A stretch of DNA of 64,000 bases from IMG/VR virus record IMGVR_UViG_3300021514_000002, positions 224,001 through 288,000 of that record; one strand, 5' to 3'. A program made the position numbers and the translations under genes. Every line of letters starts with the position of its first letter. Position 1 is the stretch's first letter. The DNA is from a virus (taxonomy: Duplodnaviria; Caudoviricetes). The notes under the pieces are model-generated. The model saw only the letters and a list, made by a program, of their open reading frames with translations, was not told the DNA's origin and made no database searches. Shown in pieces: positions 1 through 9,890 of the stretch.

Positions 1-602
1 TCTATAAGCTGTCTGCGTACGTTTACCTTATCGAAAGATGAAGTGTCAGATAGTGCTTCACTTTTTATAGTTGTTAAAGTTAAAATCTCTGCTTTCAATT
101 CAACAATCTCATCTTTAAGTTTACAAATGGTATCCTTGTCGTCCCTCATGTCGACTAAATCATCATAACTATACCCAAACGCCGTGTTATAATGCGTATG
201 GTCAAAAGACCCATAAGGTATATTCATTAATGTATTTGTTGTAATATTATTAATTTGCGTTTGCACATCATCTGTGATTTTTGCTGTATGCATTATTGGA
301 ACGTGAACGTCTTCGATATGTTCGGAAGATGGTTTTGGCATACAACCACGTGATGATACACCGAGACTAATCGGTTTATTGAGCAATTTCATTGCTTCGT
401 GTATTGTTTCTATATTTACTTCTGGTGCTGGGGTATTAGAATAAGTGCAGGGCGAAGCTGGATAATCAAACATATTTAAAAATGAAAAATTATCATCTAT
501 AGCCGATACACATGGACTTTTTAGTTTTGGTTTGGTTTCTTTTTTGTTAATCTCTGGTAAGAACTTATCGAACTCGTCTAAGAAATTTTGATTTTTTATC
601 AT
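1..602 (-). CDS. Hypothetical protein, runs off the left edge (not in ORF track)
   Basis: ATG at 602 preceded by GAGAACAATA; frame stays open to position 1 (MIKNQNFLDEFDKFLPEINKKETKPK...LGVSSRGCMP...). Confidence 0.6.
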   Translation of the reverse strand, partial: MIKNQNFLDEFDKFLPEINKKETKPKLKSPCVSAIDDNFSFLNMFDYPASPCTYSNTPAPEVNIETIHEAMKLLNKPISLGVSSRGCMPKPSSEHIEDVHVPIMHTAKITDDVQTQINNITTNTLMNIPYGSFDHTHYNTAFGYSYDDLVDMRDDKDTICKLKDEIVELKAEILTLTTIKSEALSDTSSFDKVNVRRQLI

Positions 603-612
603 TATTGTTCTC

Positions 613-1545
613 TTATACTTGTGATAGCCGTATGAACATCGCGGCGGCGTTTATTTCCTGGTCTGCAATGACGGCGTTTTTGTAAAGATGATCGGTAAGT
701 ATAACAATACCAGCTTCCCAATTATCTTCGTTGCTATATTTTTTTGATTTGTGTAGATTTTCATATAGGAATCTATATAGATCTTCCCATTCTTCTGTTG
801 CAACATTCGCACACGTGAGTGATCTGGCACCTTTCCAATTATCTGCGCTAATCATATCCAATAACTTAAATTTATAATCACCTGATTCACTTTCCATGAC
901 AAGGGATTGAAGACTACCATCAATTGAATTCTGTTGTAATAGATTTATAATTTTTCGGATATCGGGATATCCGACTGCAATATACTTGTCTAATAAATCA
1001 ATACCGAATTTTATTTTTTCAGATAACAATATTGTTGCACAATATTCTGCGATCTCATCGCGATCTGAGGCTTTAAATCTAAATTGCTGACTGCGGGATT
1101 TAATTGCTGGCATTATTTTATTTTCATAATTACAAGTAAGTATGAAACGTGCTGGACAATCTGGATCTTCCATGTACTTTCGAAGAACAGCTTGAGCGTT
1201 TTGTGTAAGGTAGTCCGCTTCTTCTAATTGTATAACCTTAAATTCGCCCATTGCGAAAGTGGTTATAAAACTTTTGATTCTATCGCGCATGAAGTCAACA
1301 GAATTATCGTCACTTGCATTAATAAGAAGAACGTCTGTTGGATCAACATCGAGTTCCTTTATTAAGATTTGAGCTATTGTAGTTTTACCACTGCCCTGCA
1401 CGCCAGATAATAGTAAATGTGGAATAGTTTTATTTTCGACCATTTGTTGAAATGCTTTCTTATGGGATTCGTCATGAAAAATATACTCGTTGAGAGTAGC
1501 AGGTCTAAATTTTTCAACCCATAATACGTGTTTATTGGATTTCAT
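613..1545 (-). CDS. gp44: Clamp loader AAA+ subunit (RFC / T4 gp44-like)
   Basis: LWVEKFRP, Walker A GVQGSGKT, Walker B-like LEEADYLT, AQAVLR, FILTCN, IMPAIKSR (SRC-like). Confidence 0.93.
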   Translation of the reverse strand: MKSNKHVLWVEKFRPATLNEYIFHDESHKKAFQQMVENKTIPHLLLSGVQGSGKTTIAQILIKELDVDPTDVLLINASDDNSVDFMRDRIKSFITTFAMGEFKVIQLEEADYLTQNAQAVLRKYMEDPDCPARFILTCNYENKIMPAIKSRSQQFRFKASDRDEIAEYCATILLSEKIKFGIDLLDKYIAVGYPDIRKIINLLQQNSIDGSLQSLVMESESGDYKFKLLDMISADNWKGARSLTCANVATEEWEDLYRFLYENLHKSKKYSNEDNWEAGIVILTDHLYKNAVIADQEINAAAMFIRLSQV

Positions 1546-1575
1546 TATAATTATTATTCTCCGTATTATGGATGA

Positions 1576-1604
1576 ATAATACTATAATGGGTAACCGTTG
1601 TCAA
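1576..1604 (-). promoter_or_regulatory. Sigma70-type promoter upstream of the clamp loader
   Basis: TTGACA-17nt-TATTAT on the minus strand. Confidence 0.6.
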
Positions 1605-2609
1605 CTACTTTTGTTTATTAAAATTAATTTGTTCAGTGTTGCTTGGTTGCTTGGTTACTTTTTCATGAACTGTTCTTTGTTTTGTTAATCCTTCTTCTAC
1701 CAATTCAGCAATTTGCCATTCTTTTAATGTTGGGTTTGGGATATTACCTACTGGTTCAGTTTTATTAGTTGCAGGAACATCAGCGGGTCGCTCAGATTTA
1801 ATAGGCGCAATAGGTTCATCAAGGGTATCGTCATCTGATAACGTATATTCAACAATCTTATGTTCATGTTCTACATGTCCAAATTCTTTCTTGCGCTCAC
1901 GTATTGCATGATTCACCCCTAACGTGAGGGCAACAGCTAATGGATCAAATGCAAACATTATTAATATTATCATCCATTTAGTTGCATCATCTGTTTCAGT
2001 TGAGAATGCTTTGGCAATGAAGATAATTGGACCAGTATGAACTTCGTTTATTAGTTTTTTCTGCTTAAGTTCAGAAATTTTTATTGTTTTTTCACTAATC
2101 TGTCTGGTATATAATTGAATATCATTGCGCAAGCGATCATATTCCGCCGCATTTGCGGCGATAAGTCGTTCTCTACCCTTAATATAATTATTTGGCAGAG
2201 ATGCGATGTCAGCATCTATTTGTTTTCTTCGGACAAGTCTTTCTCTCTTAAAGGTTTGCAACTCATTACGTTCTGTTTCCAATAATAATATTTGCTGTTC
2301 TTGCTGCTTTAATGGTAGCGCATCTTGTTGGTAACCCATTGAAAGAAATCCGAATATACCTGCAGAGGTAATTAACATCAATACCAAAATTGCTAAAATA
2401 AGGTACCATTTCATTGCTTGTGAAATACTATCACGATATCGATAAATATATGATACTGCAACTAACTTACCGGCTTCAAGCGATGTCCCCATTGTGACAA
2501 CAGGCCAAAAAATTCCTGAAAATATGGCAGCTAGGCCGTATATACTAAAAAATGCGGCAGTTCCCGCAATTGCAAGTGTGGTTAATATAAGAATGACGAT
2601 AAAACCCAT
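1605..2609 (-). CDS. Multi-pass membrane protein with coiled coil
   Basis: N-terminal hydrophobic helices (AAFFSIYGLAAIF, LEAGKLV, ITSAGIFGFLS), coiled coil, then IMFAFDPLAVAL; stop is TAG. Confidence 0.7.
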   Translation of the reverse strand: MGFIVILILTTLAIAGTAAFFSIYGLAAIFSGIFWPVVTMGTSLEAGKLVAVSYIYRYRDSISQAMKWYLILAILVLMLITSAGIFGFLSMGYQQDALPLKQQEQQILLLETERNELQTFKRERLVRRKQIDADIASLPNNYIKGRERLIAANAAEYDRLRNDIQLYTRQISEKTIKISELKQKKLINEVHTGPIIFIAKAFSTETDDATKWMIILIMFAFDPLAVALTLGVNHAIRERKKEFGHVEHEHKIVEYTLSDDDTLDEPIAPIKSERPADVPATNKTEPVGNIPNPTLKEWQIAELVEEGLTKQRTVHEKVTKQPSNTEQINFNKQK

Positions 2610-2652
2610 AAAAATTCTCCGATTTTAGATATATTTATGGGTTTAGAAAAGT

Positions 2653-2982
2653 TTACACCAAATAATCTTCGTCGATTGCCATCAACTTAGAATCATCTGT
2701 GCCCCAATAAGATATACCATCAACTTCTAACGATTCTGTCCATTGGAGTGCTTCTATTAAAACTCTTGAGCCAACTTTAATATCTGACATTACTTCATTG
2801 CCAATTGATACAACTATTCCCCATCTTGGACCTTTTGCGCTTTCATCATAACTAGACATCTCAAATCCCCAGTCAGTTTTTTCTTCAAATTGTGAACGAC
2901 TTTGGCCGAAATCTGATTTTCTTACAATACTATCTTCAAATTGGAAGATGATACGATTGCGAATAGCTCTTAATGTTGACAT
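2653..2982 (-). CDS. groES: GroES/Cpn10-like co-chaperonin
   Basis: LRAIRNRII..., GIVVSIGNEV, IKVGSRVL, EVDGISY pattern; 109 aa. Confidence 0.75.
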   Translation of the reverse strand: MSTLRAIRNRIIFQFEDSIVRKSDFGQSRSQFEEKTDWGFEMSSYDESAKGPRWGIVVSIGNEVMSDIKVGSRVLIEALQWTESLEVDGISYWGTDDSKLMAIDEDYLV

Positions 2983-2984
2983 TA

Positions 2985-3305
2985 TTATTCCTTATTTTTT
3001 ATAGTTTTTTTCTTTCTTGCTTTCTGTTTAGTTGTTGGTGGTGTATCCGCTACCACGTTGTTTGTTACTACTGCTTCGGTGGCAGGTAAATTTTCTTCTG
3101 CCGCTGGAAGTATTGGTGCAACCTCAACAGCCAATTGTTCAACAACAGGAAGCTTCTTCTTCAATCTACGCTTTAATCGATTTTCGATAAAGTTTTGACG
3201 GTTCTTAACTTCTACTGGCGTTGGGGCAGCTGCAAGTTGTGCTTTGATTTTCAAGTAATCAAAATCAATAATTTCGCCTTTTGCGCTTTTAACCTTCTTT
3301 CCCAT
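2985..3305 (-). CDS. Hypothetical protein
   Basis: Intact ORF with Shine-Dalgarno site (AGGAG), co-oriented in the operon. Confidence 0.7.
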   Translation of the reverse strand: MGKKVKSAKGEIIDFDYLKIKAQLAAAPTPVEVKNRQNFIENRLKRRLKKKLPVVEQLAVEVAPILPAAEENLPATEAVVTNNVVADTPPTTKQKARKKKTIKNKE

Positions 3306-3326
3306 TTTAATCTCCTATTAAACTGA

Positions 3327-3884
3327 TTAAGTTCGTAAAAAATCTTTTATATCTAGGTCATAGTAGAAACTGTCAACATCATGAACACCAATGACGTATA
3401 ACACGTACGAAGATACACTACTTCCACGTCCTACTCCCCAAACTATATTTTTTTCTACTAACGTATTTATAATATATATCACGGCTTTAATAGTGTCAAA
3501 AAGTCCCATTTTGTCGTAAAGTACTAATTCTTCGGCACATCGTTGCTCACGAAGCGTAATATCATCCTCTGAACCCGATTGTTCTAATAATTTATCTGCA
3601 ACATACGTGACAACATTTAATGTTTTGTATTTTTCAGGCATATTCCAATCAAATGATAATTCACTGACGTTGGTTTTAACTGAAATCTTTTCCGACGCTG
3701 GAACCAACTTATTATATTGTACAATATCGTCTGTTAAACTCTCAACGAATAAATGTTCAATACTGTTACCATTCGTAATATTATTGATTATATTATTAGC
3801 ATCAACGGTAGAATCTCCATCAAACCATAACGTGCGATTCTTTAATTTGATGCTATTATTCGAATGGGCTTGAAACATTTCCAT
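3327..3884 (-). CDS. Stand-alone DNA polymerase III alpha (DnaE) fragment
   Basis: VWGVGRGSSVSSYVLYVIGVHDVD matches the DnaE GPGRGS-x-GSLV-Y-LGIT-D motif; only 185 aa. Confidence 0.75.
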   Translation of the reverse strand: MEMFQAHSNNSIKLKNRTLWFDGDSTVDANNIINNITNGNSIEHLFVESLTDDIVQYNKLVPASEKISVKTNVSELSFDWNMPEKYKTLNVVTYVADKLLEQSGSEDDITLREQRCAEELVLYDKMGLFDTIKAVIYIINTLVEKNIVWGVGRGSSVSSYVLYVIGVHDVDSFYYDLDIKDFLRT

Positions 3885-4251
3885 CCGACGTATCTATATT
3901 TGGTGTTACTGCCTTACCGCCATTTGCCGCAGGATCTAATAGTTGACGAGCAGCCGGTGTCATTTCCACGTTGGTTGGGATAAAACCACCAACAGGTGGT
4001 GGTGGCTGAAACCCCTGCGGAGGTGCGGGTGCAGGCGTTGGCGTATTATATACGGGTGGCATTGGTTGTGTTGTTTGTACTTTTTCGATTACAATTTTCT
4101 CTTCTATAATTCCATCAATTTTATCACGGATTAATTTCCATTGATCAAAATTAGGACTCCATTCATCGGATTGTAGTTCTTCAACGCCCTGTAACCACGC
4201 TCTAAATTCTTTTAAACTTTGTTTAATTTTTCTTCTTCTTGTCGCTGCCAT
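3856..4251 (-). CDS. Hypothetical protein with Pro-rich linker
   Basis: Intact ORF in the operon. Confidence 0.7.
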   Translation of the reverse strand: MAATRRRKIKQSLKEFRAWLQGVEELQSDEWSPNFDQWKLIRDKIDGIIEEKIVIEKVQTTQPMPPVYNTPTPAPAPPQGFQPPPPVGGFIPTNVEMTPAARQLLDPAANGGKAVTPNIDTSDGNVSSPFE

Positions 4252-4292
4252 TTTTATTATTATCCTACATTTATTAATTTATTTCATGTTAC

Positions 4293-4778
4293 TTATATTA
4301 TGTCGCCGACAACTTTATCTTTAAGATACTTATTGTATGAATCAGACGGTGAGATATTTATCCACGCATCTGGTGATATTGGGTGACATAGCATTTGATA
4401 TTTATTTAAAGATGGTCCAATGTTTTGGAAGTTTGGATAATAATCATTTACCGTAATCGTTTCCAGTTCTGGTAATTTCATATTCATGCCATATATCATC
4501 GCTTTAAATTCTTTGCCTGCCAATTCAGCAACTTCTACAACATCCAATTGGTAAGTTTCATCATCTGAAACCAAAATATTCCAATTTGCGGGTAAATTAA
4601 AAGTAAATCCTCTAATTGTAACCGAAATAGTTGGACAATTGATTTCTTCAAATACTAACAAGGGCGCGAGCGTGAAGTCCATCAAGGTCAAATCAAGAAC
4701 ATACATATATTCAGATAAGGTTGGACCTTGAATACTATCGAGAATTATTGGATCGTTATTTTCATTAAATATTAACAT
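4293..4778 (-). CDS. Hypothetical protein downstream of UvsW
   Basis: Intact ORF, 161 aa. Confidence 0.7.
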   Translation of the reverse strand: MLIFNENNDPIILDSIQGPTLSEYMYVLDLTLMDFTLAPLLVFEEINCPTISVTIRGFTFNLPANWNILVSDDETYQLDVVEVAELAGKEFKAMIYGMNMKLPELETITVNDYYPNFQNIGPSLNKYQMLCHPISPDAWINISPSDSYNKYLKDKVVGDII

Positions 4779-4831
4779 TATTATTCTTATTCTTATTTTA
4801 TAGTTATTATATTATAATACACTAATATACT

Positions 4832-6337
4832 TCAATAGTCAATCTTTCTTTTATTATGAGGGTATTTAGCTTCAGAATAATATCGTATGCGTTGTCTTAG
4901 ATGTTTTTTACTATATTTTAAATCTGAACATATATCGCTAATATTAACAAAATCCTTATCATGTGCTTTTCTTAGACCGCGACCAATCGCCTGTATTACA
5001 CGAATGAACGATTTACCAATGTCTACTAAGACAAGATTAAAGATCCTTTTAATGTTTAATCCTGTGCCTGCGATATTGACAGTAGCAATAACAACAAGAT
5101 TATCATTATCGTTAAAAGATTGGTATATTTCTTTTCTAACATCGTTGTGATCTTTACCATGTAGGAATACTGCTCCAGGTATTTCTTTAGCCAGTTTTTT
5201 ACCAAATGGAACCCCATTGACGAGACATAACACATTTCCCTTGTCCAACAAACTCTTAGACGCAATATGGTTTGCAATCCAACGTAAACGCGATTTTTCG
5301 GAATGCAGAAATGCTTTTTCAGCGGTAAAATCTGGAAAATATGAATCTTTAAATTTCGTATATGTTAACTTTGGTACATCTGGATCATCTTTCGTATCCT
5401 CTACAAATTGGGCATATTGTGCTGTTAGATTGACTTCCAATTGTACTATATCGATTTCTAAATTAGATAAATGTCCTTGAGCAATTAGTTCATGGGCAGG
5501 TATCGTATATTGTACGTCACCAACCGCGATTCTTATTGACATTGCATCGTTTTCATCTTCAGGCAATGTACCAGTACAACCAAATCTAATCGGAATATGT
5601 TTTCCATGATCAATTAATAATTCATTTAATACCGGACCACGTAAGCCCTGACATTCATCAACGATTATCATATCAAACTGGGATATAACAATAGGATTAT
5701 TTTTTAACGTCTGCCATGTCGATACTACATGGGTATGATTCAAGTCTTTAGAAGTACCACTATATTCGCCAACGTCTACGCCAAAAAATTCATACTCAGT
5801 TTTTGTTTGATCGGTTAATGTAGTATCAGGAACAACGATAATAGAACGATAATTCATCGCCCTTTCATATGACAGTGCCAATGCCGCACACATAGATGTT
5901 TTACCACCGCCTGTTCCCGCGATGCCAATTCCACCGCCGTTATTTATAAGGGCATTAACCATATCCACTTGATAATCCCTGACTTCCCATGGTTTATCTG
6001 TATCAGGATCGATAACATGAGAAAAGAAATCTTTAGTTATCAGAGGGATAGAAACAGGCATCGATTTACGATGATCTTCAAGTTCTAATTTATACCCAAG
6101 GTTAGCAACCTTGGGTATAATTTCACTAAGAAGATTAATAAATGTTTTGCCGCTTTTATGAAAATACCGAATTTTACCATCCCATGAACCTAATTGAAAT
6201 TTGGGATTGAAAAAATGACTAGCTGTAAAAATACCATACATTTCATAAAAATAAATAATATGATCAGGATGCATCCCTACAAATATACAGTTTACTTCAT
6301 CTAATAGTACTATTTTACATTTTTTATTTTTTATCAT
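4832..6337 (-). CDS. uvsW: UvsW-like SF2 DNA helicase
   Basis: VRDYQ Q-motif, GTGGGKT, IVDECQ, GCTGT, TGLNIKR, QAIGRGLR. Confidence 0.92.
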   Translation of the reverse strand: MIKNKKCKIVLLDEVNCIFVGMHPDHIIYFYEMYGIFTASHFFNPKFQLGSWDGKIRYFHKSGKTFINLLSEIIPKVANLGYKLELEDHRKSMPVSIPLITKDFFSHVIDPDTDKPWEVRDYQVDMVNALINNGGGIGIAGTGGGKTSMCAALALSYERAMNYRSIIVVPDTTLTDQTKTEYEFFGVDVGEYSGTSKDLNHTHVVSTWQTLKNNPIVISQFDMIIVDECQGLRGPVLNELLIDHGKHIPIRFGCTGTLPEDENDAMSIRIAVGDVQYTIPAHELIAQGHLSNLEIDIVQLEVNLTAQYAQFVEDTKDDPDVPKLTYTKFKDSYFPDFTAEKAFLHSEKSRLRWIANHIASKSLLDKGNVLCLVNGVPFGKKLAKEIPGAVFLHGKDHNDVRKEIYQSFNDNDNLVVIATVNIAGTGLNIKRIFNLVLVDIGKSFIRVIQAIGRGLRKAHDKDFVNISDICSDLKYSKKHLRQRIRYYSEAKYPHNKRKIDY

Positions 6338-6345
6338 TAGTTTTA

Positions 6346-6804
6346 TTAAATTTCTACAAATTCTAGCTGTGCGACTCTAATTTTAGTAATATTAGATAAC
6401 GCATAATTACGTGAAATAAATGCATTCACTGTACTTTGATATAATTCGTATCTTTCTTCGACTTCAAGCAACAACGAATGAACGTATATATACGCGTCTT
6501 CATTGTCAATATATTTGTTAATTTCGCGTTCACCTAACGCTCTTGAATAATTTTCTTTGTATGATTTAAACAGACTGCCGCGTACGCGTTCTTCTTCAGC
6601 CGCGAAAAATTTAACCAATGTATGTAATTCAATCTTGCGCTGATCATAATAATGCAACCATGCAGAATTCTCACTGTTCGCAATTTCTAATTTCTTACCT
6701 CTTATTTCCAATTGTTCACGTGCGTGTAGAAGATCGTTTTCATATACTTCTAATAACGCGGGTAAATTTTTATAATCCTTACCTACATCGGCTATTCTAC
6801 TCAT
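6346..6804 (-). CDS. uvsY: UvsY-like recombination mediator
   Basis: Helical ~150 aa protein with INKYIDNE and C-terminal LSNITKIRVA, adjacent to UvsW as in T4-like phages. Confidence 0.65.
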   Translation of the reverse strand: MSRIADVGKDYKNLPALLEVYENDLLHAREQLEIRGKKLEIANSENSAWLHYYDQRKIELHTLVKFFAAEEERVRGSLFKSYKENYSRALGEREINKYIDNEDAYIYVHSLLLEVEERYELYQSTVNAFISRNYALSNITKIRVAQLEFVEI

Positions 6805-7301
6805 TTAACTGCTGCCTTCATGTTGTAAAATTTTAACGATTGGAGTTGTTTATCTGATAACTGGGTTAAATCAAATTCCGTGGCAACAGGGTTGGAATTG
6901 TCTATTGTTTCCGAAAATTCCTCCATGCTTTTTTCTTCATGCATAGTATATAAAAAATCCATAATAGCATCTTCATCATTGGTGGTTGCCAGCTCGAGAG
7001 GAATATTCATATGCACTACCCGCTGAAAATATTCAAGATTTTCTTCTGTAATAGTAATCTCGTTGCCATCTGATTCAAATGTAGTACCTGGCGCATAATC
7101 TACCGAGCCCATGACAACTAGCAAGTCATCTACTATATTAGCGTCTTCCCACGTAAACGTGCCTGCACCACAGAGGGGATCGATATCTGATAGGAATGTT
7201 GTAACACAAACAAGTGTTGTGTTGATTAGTTTAAATATTTCTAATGTTTTTTCTTCGAAAGCAGAATTCCTTGCTTTTAACATTTTCTGTAAATCTTCCA
7301 T
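6801..7301 (-). CDS. Hypothetical acidic protein
   Basis: Intact ORF; ATGA overlap with the next gene. Confidence 0.65.
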   Translation of the reverse strand: MEDLQKMLKARNSAFEEKTLEIFKLINTTLVCVTTFLSDIDPLCGAGTFTWEDANIVDDLLVVMGSVDYAPGTTFESDGNEITITEENLEYFQRVVHMNIPLELATTNDEDAIMDFLYTMHEEKSMEEFSETIDNSNPVATEFDLTQLSDKQLQSLKFYNMKAAVK

Positions 7302-7339
7302 TGTTAGTTACCTTATTATTATTATTATTTATGGTAATT

Positions 7340-8374
7340 TTATGAGTCACAATAGTTCCCTAGTTGTGTTATTGCTTCAAAACCTGTAGCTTTGTTTTCC
7401 ATAATACTTTTTAAAACATACATCTTACCATATTTTTTAACAGCATCGCTCATATCTTTACAATTTGATCCAATATCTGGTGTAGATATACTCCATCCGA
7501 ATTCAAGTGCTTGTTCTGCTGGTCTTTTACCATCACCAAACTTATCTGGAATATATATTTTTTCGCGGGACGAACGATTTAACCATTGTTCTTGATATGG
7601 TGTTATAACATTACCCAATGTAGCCACCCCATCAATCGCATATCCATCAAACCATCCTTCAGTTATTAATAGCGGCGATTCAACATGTTCAAACAATCTA
7701 TCGAACCCATATAATACGCGTTCTTTTGGTGAAGCGGGGGTTTCGTACTTTTTGGCGGCATCGTATAATGCTCGACCAACATAATATATTAACTTATTAT
7801 TTTTATATATTGGCATAATAACACGTCCAAGCCATTTATGCAACTTAGGATTTTCGGCCTTAGTGGATAGCATAAAGGGATAACTATCAGGATCAACGCC
7901 GCGCTCATCACGAAGATATTCGCGGGCTGCATCTGCAACATAATCATCTGGTTTGGCATCTTTTAATAGATAAAATATTTCAGGCAATTTTAATTCTTTT
8001 GGTTCAATGTTAGTAAACTTGGAAGTTTTATTGTTGGACTTTCTTGCGCCGTTAATGTAGGCATGGCTTGTTAAAATAACCTGTTGCCATTCATCCGCAG
8101 GAATGCCAAAAGATTCCAAAGTTTTGATCATTTTCTTTGGCATATATTCATGTTCATATGAATCATACACGGATGTATGGCCACAATTCCAACATTTGTA
8201 TACTACTTTATCGTTATCGAATAAAAATGCACCACGTAACCCTTTAAGAGTGTGATCGTTACAAACAAGACATCTAACTGCGTGCCAGCCTTTGTGATTT
8301 GGTGTTTGAAGTTGAACGTATTGTCTTATTATTTGTTCAAGTGTTGGTAAATCCATTTCAACAGCATAACACAA
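7340..8374 (-). CDS. DNA primase-like protein (zinc finger + TOPRIM)
   Basis: CLVCND...YKCWNCGH zinc finger; RVIMPIY, YYVGRAL, ITEGWFDG, YIPD, KDMSDA. Confidence 0.85.
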   Translation of the reverse strand: MCYAVEMDLPTLEQIIRQYVQLQTPNHKGWHAVRCLVCNDHTLKGLRGAFLFDNDKVVYKCWNCGHTSVYDSYEHEYMPKKMIKTLESFGIPADEWQQVILTSHAYINGARKSNNKTSKFTNIEPKELKLPEIFYLLKDAKPDDYVADAAREYLRDERGVDPDSYPFMLSTKAENPKLHKWLGRVIMPIYKNNKLIYYVGRALYDAAKKYETPASPKERVLYGFDRLFEHVESPLLITEGWFDGYAIDGVATLGNVITPYQEQWLNRSSREKIYIPDKFGDGKRPAEQALEFGWSISTPDIGSNCKDMSDAVKKYGKMYVLKSIMENKATGFEAITQLGNYCDS

Positions 8375-8392
8375 GTACGATATTTTAGCAAC

Positions 8393-8989
8393 TTACTTTC
8401 GTTGTTTTCCCTTATGCGCTTTCGTCATCATTTTAACCATTTTATTTAGGCGCTTACGAATATCGTCTGCTTGTAACCATAAATCTTCACCCTTTAAAAT
8501 ATCTACAAGCTCAGCTTCTGTTATGAATGGGATATAATAATCGCGCGTTAAGGTATTGAACCATTTAATAGTTGCTTCAAGTTGCTGTACTTGCTCATTT
8601 CCCTTGCCATATATTCCACCACTAAAATTATGAATCATCATAGTGCTATGGTCATGTATAAGAAATTCATCAGCCGCTAAAAATATTAGTGAACCAAGCG
8701 AATAGGCTTCACCTTCTAAGCTACAGACAATGTGCGCTTCTGAGTATTTCATAGCATTGATAAGTTGGATACCTGTGGATAAATCGCCACCTTGTGTATT
8801 TAGATGAATAATTACGGTTTCATCTGAACTGGCAAGGCGAATTTTGTGTATCATGTCAACATACAAGGCGGGAATATCAATATAACCACTTAAATAATAA
8901 TGCTGAATCTTTGAAACTAACGTCTGTTCATAATATTCATATGCTTTTATTTCACTTTCTACTTCTTCTTCCGCGATTTCTGCTTTCAT
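8393..8989 (-). CDS. clpP: ClpP-like (S14) protease
   Basis: IHLNTQGG, AYSLGS (catalytic Ser), MMIHN (catalytic His), DLWLQA. Confidence 0.8.
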   Translation of the reverse strand: MKAEIAEEEVESEIKAYEYYEQTLVSKIQHYYLSGYIDIPALYVDMIHKIRLASSDETVIIHLNTQGGDLSTGIQLINAMKYSEAHIVCSLEGEAYSLGSLIFLAADEFLIHDHSTMMIHNFSGGIYGKGNEQVQQLEATIKWFNTLTRDYYIPFITEAELVDILKGEDLWLQADDIRKRLNKMVKMMTKAHKGKQRK

Positions 8990-9022
8990 ATATCGACCCG
9001 TGTTAAATTAGTATAATAAATG

Positions 9023-9030
9023 TATTTATA
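9023..9030 (-). promoter_or_regulatory. T4-like late promoter (TATAAATA) upstream of clpP
   Basis: Exact TATAAATA; also seen upstream of genes at 12664, 15954, 18543, 28609, 41807(+) and 59332. Confidence 0.65.
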
Positions 9031-9104
9031 CACTAGCGAGTAAGGGGTTTAATGCTTTTTTAGGTTATTTTTTAAATAAATTATGGTAAATAGTTAGGCT
9101 GCTA

Positions 9105-9890
9105 ATGCAATATACATATATACATCAGAGGGAATTAACTATGGAAAAGTATTATGGCTATGTCTATATCTGGAGAGATTCTAAATGCAATATGTATTGC
9201 ATTGGATCGCATTATGGAACCATTGAAGACAGTTACATTACATCTACGGGGTGGATGGTAGCCGCTTATAAGAAACGACCAAACGATTTTAAAATGCGAG
9301 TTTTAGAATATTTAAACGAGGACGATAAATCGCTTTTATTGGATATTGAACAAAAATACTTAGATATGATAAAGCCAGATGAATTAGGGAAGCGTTACTA
9401 TAATCTTAAAAAATATGCATCAGGCGGCGGAAGGATAATTGGTCAAAAAAATAAACAAGACCATTTAGCGGGTGGTTGGAATAGAGGTTTAGATAAAGAA
9501 ATGATGCAGTTGCGTAAAACTGGCAAATTTTGCATTTTAATAGATAATCCAAAAAGGAAAGCACCAGTAAGGCGAAAGAGTGGATGGCAACATACAGAAG
9601 AAACTAAGCAAAAAATATCGAAGGGGCTTAAAGGAAAGCGAGCGTGGAATAAGGGAATATCACTGACTGATATACAGCGGGCTGCATTGTCTGCTTCATT
9701 AAAAGGCAGAACAGCATGGAATAAGGGCAAATCTAGTTCCGTATCTGCGGATAATGGTAAAAGTGGTGCAAAGAAAATGAGTAAAACCGCACAGGGAAGA
9801 AAACGGCATTATAAAGAGGATGGTAGCTGGACATGGATTTATAATGTTAACGGCGAGTGGAGATTAACCCCACCCACCAATAACGATTAA
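9105..9890 (+). CDS. GIY-YIG homing endonuclease (Seg-like) with NUMOD3-type repeats
   Basis: YGYVYIW...YCIGSH...Y-TS; HTEETKQKIS and repeated AWNKG; opposite strand to its neighbours. Confidence 0.88.
   Translation: MQYTYIHQRELTMEKYYGYVYIWRDSKCNMYCIGSHYGTIEDSYITSTGWMVAAYKKRPNDFKMRVLEYLNEDDKSLLLDIEQKYLDMIKPDELGKRYYNLKKYASGGGRIIGQKNKQDHLAGGWNRGLDKEMMQLRKTGKFCILIDNPKRKAPVRRKSGWQHTEETKQKISKGLKGKRAWNKGISLTDIQRAALSASLKGRTAWNKGKSSSVSADNGKSGAKKMSKTAQGRKRHYKEDGSWTWIYNVNGEWRLTPPTNND

Noticed and set aside
330-380. Prohead protease call from the LGVSSRG motif in the leftmost ORF
   Set aside because: The motif is isolated; no surrounding gp21-type sequence or catalytic His is recognisable.
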